Shown here: positions 53,472 through 64,000 of the stretch, one piece after another
Position numbering within the stretch: position 1 is the first letter of the stretch
Layout: each line of letters begins with the position of its first letter
Origin: Octopus vulgaris
Taxonomy: Eukaryota
Assembly: GCA_951406725.2 (NCBI GenBank)
Contig: OX597816.1
Coordinates: 42,036,001 to 42,100,000, forward strand
Direction: 5' to 3'
Length of the DNA: 64,000 nt
Program-made: the position numbers and the translations under genes
The notes under the pieces: generated by a model
Told to the model about the DNA's origin: nothing
The model's input: only the letters and a program-made list of their open reading frames with translations
Databases searched by the model: none

Positions 53472-54245
53472 TGTTACTCTATATGTCTATATTCATGAAC
53501 ATATCTAAATACATGTCTCTTGCTCCTTAGGCTATTTCTCTGTCTAACTGCCCACACTTTATATCTAGCCACAATGTACACACACATATTCAGACATATG
53601 CATATAAATATACGTGAGTGTGTGTTTGTGTGTGCGTGTCTGTGTGTATATGAATGTATGTATGCATATATATAAATTATACAATTTCTCCGAATTGTAT
53701 ATGTAATACTCGTATTTATTATTCGTTAGTGAACAGATGATGCTTGTATAAATCATAAATTATGATTACAGATGGACATTACAGATGGACATTACAGACG
53801 TAATGGGTGAATCTTGGAAAAATGTTGTTCGAGGACATCTGAAGTCTGGATGCTAAGGTTAGAATTCAATACAATGGGAATTTGACCTCAGAAACGTTTT
53901 ACAAATCACCACGTTTATTAAGGGGCTAGACATTATCATATTGAGATATGTATTGTGTAGCCTGTGTTAAATATTTACATGTCAGAATCGAGTAATATAA
54001 AATGATCTCTAACAACAACGAGCAACATTTGAAATAAGAAATTTGAAGTGACTAGGTAAGTTTCGCGCTAACGTTAACTATTACGCTATATAAACACATA
54101 ATATTCAAATGCTTTCGTTTTCAAATGTATACATATATATGTGCGTATATGTGTGTGTGTGTGGTAGAGTTGTAATGAAAACTAGTCTAAGGGGCGAGAG
54201 ATATGTACTTAGATATGTTCATGAATATAGACATATAGAGTAACA
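53472..54245. mobile_element. MITE-like element with ~50-68-bp terminal inverted repeats (TGT..ACA)
   Basis: 53472-53520 is the reverse complement of 54197-54245 with 2 mismatches. No TSD seen. Confidence 0.6.
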
Positions 54246-54432
54246 AAATAGTGATATTTTGAAAGCACTTAGTACGAATGTTTCAGGTGTGTGTAATACA
54301 GGATAGAGAATGCATCCATTAGGTAAGAGATAACTCAGTTAAAGTAATTCAAAACTGTAGCATGACAAAAAATATATATTATTGTATATTTTTTACATCT
54401 CTTCCCGTGGGGAAAATTTTTATTGCTATATA

Positions 54433-54472
<40 letters not shown>

Positions 54473-54773
54473 CTTTAGTTAAATATATTCAAAGAGAATA
54501 TCATATACTGAATTTATATTGAGTGCTCTATTGTATCAGAGTATTAATACATTTATAATATTAAAGTATTTATGTATTTAATACGAGGGATTATATATAT
54601 TTTATAATATATTATTATTAATATCATGAACTCAATATTAGAAAATTCTTCAGAAAGATATATACGTATGTTAAATAATTGTTGTATTAAAAATATAAAT
54701 ATATATAAATATATGTAAAAATGTATAAGTATAAATATATAATGTATATGACGGTTTAAAAAGGTTTTAGAGC

Positions 54774-54863
54774 ATCTTACGATCGTTTCACAGAAGTGCC
54801 GTCCCTATAATGAAATCCTATATTGATAAGCATTTTTAGAAATCCCGTCTGCTCTTGAGAGAT
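54774..54863 (-). ncRNA. Decayed hammerhead motif in an AT-rich PLE-type terminus with a partial tandem copy
   Basis: atct-CTCAAGA-gcaga..tctgt-GAAA-cgatcg-TA-agat. A second partial unit near 55130-55190 has CTGAAGG-gcaga. Confidence 0.6.
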
Positions 54864-57589
54864 ATAAATTTGAATTTTGTATAAAATACCGAATGGTAGT
54901 TTTTTTTTTAAATATGAAGTAATACTATAAAATGTGTTTGAAACATAAATGAAATTTAAAATTTAAAAATTACTGCTGTTGAATTTAGTAAATACACTTA
55001 AGTATGCGAGTCTTTAAATCCATATATGCTTCCTTGGCTAGTCTTCGGCAATAATCCATAATAGTTATGTGTAAAATCCATTATATTGTCCAGTATTCGA
55101 AATATAATTTATAGACTTAGATAATATAGAATAATGGAATCCTAAATTGATAAGCATTTATAGATAATTCTTCTGCCCTTCAGTAATATCAAATGTGAAA
55201 TTTGTATAATTTGACGAATATTAGCTTTTTAAGAAAATTATGAAGTACTATGGGAAAATGGTGTCTGTTTGAAATACAGGAAAATGTTGTTTGTTTGAAA
55301 TATAGCAGTAATTTTTAATTTATATTTCAAACAAACACCATTTGTTTGAAAATTTCCGATGGGGAAGGAAGGAGGATACGGTTGGGCAATGCTTATTTAG
55401 ATTGTCAACAAAATAAAGTGGAATATAATGAAAAAGGAAAAGTAACATAAACTGTAGGCGTGCAATTTAGAATTGGGGGGAACAGGAGATAGTAATTTAT
55501 AATTTAGAAAATTTAGAATATTCAATTGAGAAAATTTAAATCAAAATATAGAATAAGGATAGAAGTTAAACTTAAAACCTAAACATGGGATAGTATAAGG
55601 AAAATTATTACGAATATTCTAAGCATATTGTTTAGAAGGTCATGTTAAATACATTTTAAAATGAATGTATAACGGAGTTGGATTATCATATGTGTAGATG
55701 TACATAGTATATTTTAGAGCAATAAAAACAACTATTCTCTTCAATATAGGTGGATAAGTATAAGATATCGTAACATATGGTATGGAATATAAGGGGTAAT
55801 TGAATTAGAGGTACACTAAATGTATAAGGGAGTACATTCGGAAGCAATACCTAAACCGGCTTGGGAATGTGAACATTTAATGAATATTGCATGATTAAAA
55901 TATATACTAAAATAGGGATTCCGATATCAAGTAAATCATATAAAAAGACCTTGTAAAAATATTTATAAATTGCAAACTCTAGGAAAGTATATAAAAGGAC
56001 GTAACATATATATAATATCAAGTATAGATATTAAAAAATATAAACCCTGTGTACTTGTGAATATAAAATATAATATTGTATTATACAGTGAGCATTATTA
56101 AGAGAGATTATAAACACTCTATAAACTATAGAAGCTACACAACTGTGTAAGAGGGTATATAAATACATAAATTTAATAATTAATAATACAATTAGTACAA
56201 AAAAATTATAAAATATCTCTTTACATAATTATATGAAAGGTATAACAGATAAAAATAAGGATAAGTCAAAATAAAATAAAATAGAATAAGGATTCTTTTA
56301 TAAATTATGATATAAACTATATTGGCATATTGAAAAAAAAATTCTTTGATCGGTTATTATAGATACCATATTGAATAAAAAATATATGTATGGAATGCTA
56401 ATTGAGAAAAAATAATAAATATAACTATCGAAATAGGTTTATGAAATATTTACAAAATACATCGAATACACTGATCTATGTTGAATAATAAGCACACTTA
56501 GGGGTTATACTTTACACTTAGGGGAGGTGCTAGATTTAGTAATGCATATGTTATACTATGAGGGAATACAATTCCAATATTGAAGGGTAAATATATAATG
56601 TAATTATTGAAAGATTACAGATCAAAAGGGTTAAAGGCTATTAGGAAAGAATAATACATAGATTTCGAGATAATACAAGGCATGCTATGAATGATATGAT
56701 ATCCTGGATAATTCGTGCTATCAAATCATAGTATGATATACTTATTATTACCTGCTTTTAAAGTATTTAAAGTTACGGCTAATCCAATAAACACATGATA
56801 ATTTAGGATATAATTTATTATGAATTAGGTTTCGTTTCACTCTATATTTAAATATCTCACATATATCCATACAGCATATTTCCCCTCTATACCGGCTATT
56901 TCTGTATGGCTGAGCTCTACTGACAATATCCCACTTTAGGCCAAATTTACAATTACTATTTAGAATTCCCAGATTTTCGTAGATAATGAGTTACATTATC
57001 GTCACTTAGCTGGGTTGCGTTGTCTACACACCCTATAAGTATATTGGCTACAAATACCATTACACGGAGTCTTGATATTCAATATTTAAATAATAACGTT
57101 GGGGCGTGCAGATTATACGGTATTACCAAAGTGTATATACGTATCAAGTATAGGTAACGCTAAGTTCATCTCATTCAAACTATCAATTCGAGTTAACTAT
57201 ATTTAAGCTACATTCTAAAATACAAGCATTACTTTGATCTAGTAACTTTTATATGTGGTGGTACTACGTGCCATTGCATTGTGATGATCTTCATCAGAGA
57301 TATATTAGTATTGCGCTTGAGAAAAAGCTATTAATAACTGCTGGTCGGTTAATTCTGCACTTAATAGTTACATTCGAAGTTTGTTAAAATGAAGTCCATG
57401 TATATGAAATAAAACCTATCAATAAAGTTCTCCTTATCCTAGAGTGCAATATTATAGGTAAGTTTTTGTGTAATGCCTTGTTGTAAATACGTGCATTCAA
57501 ACTGAGACACACACGCATACACACATATATATATACACGCAGATATATGTATATGTACATATATACATGCATATATATATAGTTATATA

Positions 57590-57631
<42 letters not shown>

Positions 57632-58185
57632 TATATAATTATATAATGGGCGGGTGCGTGTATGCCTAATATACATGCATACATATTCATACATATTGGT
57701 ATAAGTATGTGTACATGTTTTATTTCTGTTGTTACTGACTTCACTATCAAAGATAAATGCACTAGATAACATTTATAGCGATAATATTTTGTGATAAATA
57801 ATACTGAAGCAATTTTGTATTACATGAAAATATGGAATTCCTATTGCTTCACATTCGAAAATGTTCTGTTTAGCAAGCAACAGAATATTGGAGACTCCGT
57901 TTAATATTTAAAATAAATTCTATACAACCTGATAATAATTAAAAATGAATACTATACTACATAACAATATGCGTATAAGTTTGCCTTCGTGTGTATAAAG
58001 TATATGTATATTGTATATTTACATATATAATGTTTTATATGCCTATGTATTTAAAGATAAATAATAATATATATAGGTATGTATGTATATATATATGTAT
58101 ATATATATGTATATATATATATATATATATAGATAAGAAAGTTTGTTTGGTAAAGCACGTGGGTGAATATATAAGAAAATAGTAA

Positions 58186-58847
58186 ACTGTCTGGGTGAAT
58201 AAGAATGGGATACGTAAGTTGAGTTTCATGCCTATGTATTGAAAGATAAGTAAAGATAAGTAGGTATATTATATATATATATATACAATAAGGAGGCTTC
58301 CAAATAGGAAAGCGTTGCGATAGAAAGAGCAGTAGAAATCTCAAAATCTCAAAACTTTTGAGATTTCTACTGCTCTATCTAGCACAACACTTTCCTATTT
58401 GGAAGTCCCTTATTTTATTTCTATATGAATAATATACAGCCTATTGACTAATTCGTTTTTTGTGCTAGGCCACTGGTAATAATAATTTATTATTACCCTA
58501 TGTATTATGTGTATATATATACACATAATACATAGGGTAATAATAAATTATTATTACCAGTGGCCTAGCACAAAAAACGAATTAGTCAATAGGCTATATA
58601 TTATTCATATAGAAATAAAATAAGGGGCTTCCAAATAGGAAAGTGTTGTGCTAGATAGAGCAGTAGAAATCTCAAAAGTTTTGAGATTTTGAGATTTCTA
58701 CTGCTCTTTCTATCGCAACGCTTTCCTATTTGGAAGCCTCCTTATTGTATATATATATATATAATATACCTACTTATCTTTACTTATCTTTCAATACATA
58801 GGCATGAAACTCAACTTACGTATCCCATTCTTATTCACCCAGACAGT
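58186..58847. repeat. 662-bp spacerless palindrome of PLE terminal repeat, each arm itself palindromic
   Basis: Centre at 58516/58517 in tgtgtatatatatacaca, with inner fold-backs centred at ~58350 and ~58683. Confidence 0.95.
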
Positions 58848-59530
58848 ACAACCAGCTCCCCAGGATTCCAAACATAATTATGCACCCCAACAATTCATTC
58901 CAACGACGGAACCCTACCCACGTACTCCCAACCACTTTACCCAGGCAGCAACACCAACCTCCCATTAATCCCAGTATAATAAGTAGTAATATTACTGATT
59001 TAATTAATAACAATAATAACACCAATAATAAATTCCACCAACTAAATTACAATAAACGTTATTTAGACCGAGTGGAGAGAAACAGGACAAACATAGGAAC
59101 AAAACTTACAGGAAAAACCGAAAGTAATTAACAAAGAAAAGTCTCTCTATATCAAAAATCAATATACTAGCCAAAGGTTTAAATTTTACTCCAACTACAC
59201 TAAGATCTAACCATAATGAAATAAAAGACAATATTTCGAAATTCTGCAGAAAAACTACGACTCGCAGAAGCACTGACTACAACAACGAAGATGAATGACT
59301 GATCAAACACAGAAGTAATTACCTTCCATATAGGGGTAGGAATAAAACACTGGATGATTTCTGCGACCAGATCCAAAATTTCCCGTATACGTCCCATGCG
59401 CGAAAAATTAATTCGAACCTCAACAATCTAGAATGGAAAAATCTAAATCAACTACAAAACGACGAAAACCTGACAATTAAAGAAGCAGACAAAGGAAGTG
59501 CTGTATTTCTGATGGACACAGAACATTATA
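58848..59530 (+). mobile_element. Penelope-like element 5' coding remnant
   Basis: Manual translation gives NILAKGLNFTPT..ISKFCRK and NLNNLEWKNLNQLQNDENLTIKEADKGSAVFLMDTEHY (PLE N-terminal KGLxFxP and DKG motifs). Confidence 0.88.
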
Positions 59531-60329
59531 ACACTATACGAGATCCCAACACTAGACAGATGCCATTGAGTGGACACATATACATATATGCAAAAATAAG
59601 TTCCCGAAATCCCAGGTCTACTCATTCTAACTTGGTTCAATGAATACCACTGATGAAACATGGATAAACAAAGAAAATACATTCATACAACAATACAAAG
59701 CAAGTCATAACGAACTTTAACTGTATACATACACAATTGATTATCCACGCACAAAACTCTTTCTGCCACTTAACATGAAGAATATACACAGCAGAGTACC
59801 TAAATTTTAGCCACTGGAATGCATACAAACGACTCCTGCACACTTTCCGAACCGGCATAACTAAACATAAACTAAACATGTGCACTCGAACGTGTCAGCC
59901 TTAAATTTCGACGGAAACTATACTGCCACGTGCCTCTAAGGCATGAAGGAAACGTAAAAAAAACATTTGTATATACAAACATACATACACATATATGTGT
60001 GTGTTTGTGTGTTTGTGAGTGTGTGTGTGCGTGAGTGAGTGACTGTGTCTGTGTGTAGGCATAAAATATTTTATTTTTTCACTGGTTTCTTGCTGAAGTG
60101 CAGCCTTTTAGTGTGATTAGGTTTCTGTTAATTACTGTTTTTGATGAATTTGCAAGCTGGACGGAGGTGCTATTTTTTTTTAAAAAACCTCTAATTACGA
60201 TGTCGGTTCATTTGTTACTTAAAATGAAAATTTGTCTAAACGCACTTTGAAGAGCTCCATATGTGCTCCTTTGAAATGTGTGAGTTTATTTAGCAGATGT
60301 TGAACAGGAACATTTGAATCTAAGTTGTC

Positions 60330-61030
60330 CGAGATGGAGAAAACGGGATATTCGGTACTGCGTACTGTCGTCCAATTCGGTGGTTGGTAAAGCTTCAAGT
60401 TCTAAAGTTGGAGCAGTTCCTGGCATACCATCCTATGATCCACTTGTGTCATATCCACATTTGAGTAGTTATGCTACTGTTGCAGTAACTAGTTCTAGTG
60501 CTTCAGTAGCCGTGTGAGCCGTATGAAAGTAATCATGTCGAGTGTTTGCAAGCAAGCTATTAGCTTTCAGAACCCCGATCAGCCTTCTTCTGACAATATC
60601 GTCCATAAATTGCTAATACGTGATATTAGAGAGATAATCATGTAATTTTTTCGCATCTGCTATGCTTCACCCTTTATATATAGGGAATATCATACCTTTT
60701 TTAAGAATGTTGGAAAGTTACCACATGCAAGGAATGTCTGAAGAAATATCCGTAGTGATTTTGCGATATATCTCTCGCATGTCTTTAAAAGAACAGCCAG
60801 AATCGGTGAAGGTCAGCTACTGAGTCCCAGTTCATCTCATCAGTGGCCGATATCATATCTTCCTCTTTTGTGTCGATGTAAATATTTGTTGCCTCATTCA
60901 TAAGTAAGTCTGCAGTGCTGAAAAAATCTTCAGGTCTGATTATTTTCATGTAGAGGAGAGGTGAAGACGCCTTGGAATTGTTTATTATCTCTCGGGCCTG
61001 CATTTAGTTAGCCGTTTTCTTCAAACTGTG
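60330..61030 (-). pseudogene. Heavily decayed LINE (CR1/L2-like) RT region
   Basis: Frameshifted pieces IFPIYKG..KNYMIISLISRIS and NVD..VDHRMV resemble RT domains 0-3 (PIHKG..NYRPISL..DKVDH). Confidence 0.55.
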
Positions 61031-61086
61031 GCCCTATTTTGTAGTGTAATAAGGCAGATACGTTCGTAGACTTGTAGATGACATTA

Positions 61087-61471
61087 GTTGTGGAGGCGCA
61101 ATGGCCCAGTGGTTAGGGCAGCGGACTCGCGGTCGTAGGATCGCGGTTTCGATTCCCAGACCGGGCGTTGTGAGTGTTTAGTGAGCGAAAACACCTAAAG
61201 CTCCACGAGGCTCCGGCAGAGGATGGTGGTGATCCCTGCTGTACTCTTTCACCACAACTTTCTCTCACTCTTTCTTCCTGTTTCTGTTGTACCTGTATTT
61301 CAAAGGGCCGGCCTTGTCACTCTCTGTGTCACGCTGAATATCACCGAGAACTATGTTAAGGGTACACGTGTCTGTGGAGTGCTCAGCCACTTACACGTTA
61401 ATTTCACGAGCAGGCTGTTCCATTGGTCGGATCAACCGGAACCCTCATTGTCGTAACTGACGGAGTGCTTC
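61087..61471 (+). mobile_element. tRNA-derived SINE (head H1, tail T2) with 12-bp TSD
   Basis: A box TGGCCCAGTGG, B box GGTTTCGATTCC, TSD tagatgacatta at 61075-61086 and 61472-61483. Confidence 0.92.
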
Positions 61472-61800
61472 TAGATGACATTATAATTCATTTATGTATA
61501 TTTCCACAGTACTTGCTTCTCTTTCGGCACTTTCGTTTTCATGGGAAATTCTCAGTTTATTATCGATGTGTAAAAGTGACTGTTGAGGAGAGATTTCTCG
61601 CTATCATCTTGTCTATTTAAGCGATTGGAGATCTTATTCCCTGTCTGATACAGACTCATCTATCTTCAGGAATAACGGTTTTGTATGCGAACTATATACA
61701 TACTGAATGTATATGGATCGAATTATTGATATGAATTCTTTATTTTTCATATCACAGTTTGCACGGATAGCCGTTTAAACCAATTTTGCTGGAGTATCAA

Positions 61801-62122
61801 GGCGCATGGCTCAGTGGTTAGAGCGTCGAGCTTACGATCGTGAGGTTGTGAGCTCGAATCCCGGACTGGGCTGTGTGTTGTGTTCTTGAGCAAGATAACT
61901 CATTTCACGTTGCTCCAGTTAACTCAGCTGCGACGTTACAGGTGCCAAGCTGTATCGGCCCCTTTGCCTTTCCCTTGGATAACACTGGTGGCGTGGAGAG
62001 GGGAGCCTGGTATGCATGGGCGACTGCTGGTCTTCCATAAACAATCTTGCCCAGACTTGTGCCTGGGAGGTTAACTTTCTAGGTGCAAACCCACGGTCAG
62101 TCATGACCGAAGGGCGTCCCAA
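61801..62122 (+). mobile_element. tRNA-derived SINE (head H2, tail T3)
   Basis: A box TGGCTCAGTGG, B-box-like AGCTCGAATCC. Homologous to 30678-31000. Confidence 0.9.
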
Positions 62123-64000
62123 CCAATCTGCTTTTCAATGGCTTTCCAGACAAAATAGATTTGGGTGCCATGCGAGAAGAATACTTCATTAATTAGAATA
62201 GAACCATATATTTCTTGACTTAACGGTACACATTTCTCAATTTATTTATTTTGTTTTATCTCTACCTATACGTGTATAAATATCGATGAATATCTAAGCC
62301 TATTTATATGTTTAGAGCTACGCAATACCCTTGTATTTGGTATCAGGCATCTCCATGTTTATGATAGAAATTGTAAGATTTTGCAATTCAATTACTACTG
62401 TTGAAGGAAATATTTCAAGACGAATTATTTCTAAATTTTAATATAGAGTAAAATAACGATGGGGAAAACGTCTCTATCTGATCGGATTTCGTGAACAGAT
62501 TACCTTCAGCGTGTACGTATGTGAAGTACGTAATATTATAAATATCTATAAAAGTGTCTGTAAGGTACGTTCTGAGATGCATATGTAGATATATTAACTA
62601 TACATTATAAGATATAGCTAAAATGCGTACTTATGTCCACTACATCTATGTTATGATTAAAGAATCGAATAACAATATAAAACGAATTAATATAAGGAAA
62701 ATAAATATACACAACAGCCTAGCCTCAATCTTCCCAATATTTCAACAGGCTTTGAGAAAATTAACCTTGTCACAATTTGACATTTAGAAATTGCATAGAA
62801 TTAAAACGACCTCTGTCAATCGCTACAAGAATCCCCTGTTTGACACGCACACACACACATACACAAACACACAAACACACACGTACACAAACACACAAAC
62901 ACACACATACACACACACACTCACACACACACACACATATATATATATGATTAATTAATTTAGTCGACTCGCTGCAGGTGAAAATAATATTATATGCTTC
63001 CAACCGAGGAACAAAACTATACAGAAGGAAACTGTAAAATAACTGTCAGCTTCTTTTTTCTTGATTTATTTATTTGACAATATAAAATATTACGTAACGT
63101 TTATAGAGGAATGTACACCGCCTGTTCATTACTCGTTAGCACTAGCATAATTTTGTTAGTGCCCAAGACAATATTTCCGAACAATTGTCTGTTAATTTTA
63201 AAAAAAATATCTTATAATTATTTTATTTTAAGTGAGATTGATTATCGACCAAAATTTCTGGAAACACAAATTTTGAGATTTTATCACCTTAGCTAATTAG
63301 ATGTAGTAATTGAAGTAGATGTTTTTGATTCAGTTAAGAAATAATTAACGAAAGTGTGGCTCTAACTCCTGTAAGCTCTGTAGAACATATTCCTTTTTTT
63401 TCTTTTAAGAAGAAGCATATTTTGCATTTATGACATTTTAAAATATTGTAGCATGATACATTACTGGCAATATATATTTTTTAAAAGGCAATTTATGACG
63501 TGCAACGCTTAGTAGCATTTTCAAACAACTAAATTCTATGAGCTTATATGATTGTTCGTTATTATACTGCAATCAATGGTAGGATAAGGAGCTGGTAGTT
63601 TTCTCAGAGCGACGGAAAATATGCATAGCGGAATTTTTTCCCATAATTTCTTCAAATTCCACCGAGTTCAGCTAACCCGTATATTATTTCTGAGTCCATA
63701 AAATACCAAACTACTACAGGGAGCGATGCTATTGATAACATTTCCCCGTAAAATTGCTGAGCCTTTGACAAATTTATTTTCATATCACCTTATTATTATT
63801 TTCATATTGCATAATCAGAAGAATGAAAGGCACTTTTCTTTGGGATATGTAATACCTGAATTTAAGTTCTAAATACGAATAGTTTCGAGGTATAATTTTC
63901 ACGCTTCATTCGTGAGAGTATGCAGCATTTTAGATATAACAAGCATGCATATTCATTATATCTGGGTTTACCAAAGCATGTTGAGGTTCCTGAGTAGCTG

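Noticed and set aside
59645-59690. CTGATGA as a hammerhead core (also 38272 and 37685)
   Set aside because: No stem II, GAAA and stem I arrangement. The latter two lie inside mariner sequence.
61093-61165. tRNA gene (also 61801-61870 and 38334-38400)
   Set aside because: A/B boxes continue into repeated SINE bodies, some with TSDs, and I see no complete cloverleaf or T-run terminator.

Overview
AT-rich, repeat-saturated eukaryotic DNA. The SINE and microsatellite make-up looks like an octopus or other cephalopod genome (inference). I found no supportable host protein-coding gene, and almost all listed ORFs are microsatellite translations or transposon debris. The window contains: (1) a ~6 kb array of co-oriented Dong/R4-type (RT + restriction-like endonuclease) LINE pieces and related short elements inside (TAA)n tracts, plus another copy at 38.5 kb; (2) Penelope-like element (PLE) remnants (RT, DKG motif, Cys linker, GIY-YIG) and their terminal repeats beside (TA)n tracts, repeatedly folded back into palindromes, including a ~2.15 kb palindrome with a 7-nt spacer and a 662-bp spacerless nested one; (3) minimal type I hammerhead ribozyme motifs in these PLE termini: two with canonical cores, one with a U3-A8 covariant core, and several decayed; (4) several tRNA-derived SINE families that swap heads and tails, some nested with clear TSDs; (5) mariner, Gypsy-integrase, Tx1/L1-ORF1 and CR1-like relics; (6) a hairpin-rich unique island at 52.6-53.2 kb with a pre-miRNA-like stem-loop. 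All calls come from reading the sequence by eye, and boundaries of decayed elements are approximate.
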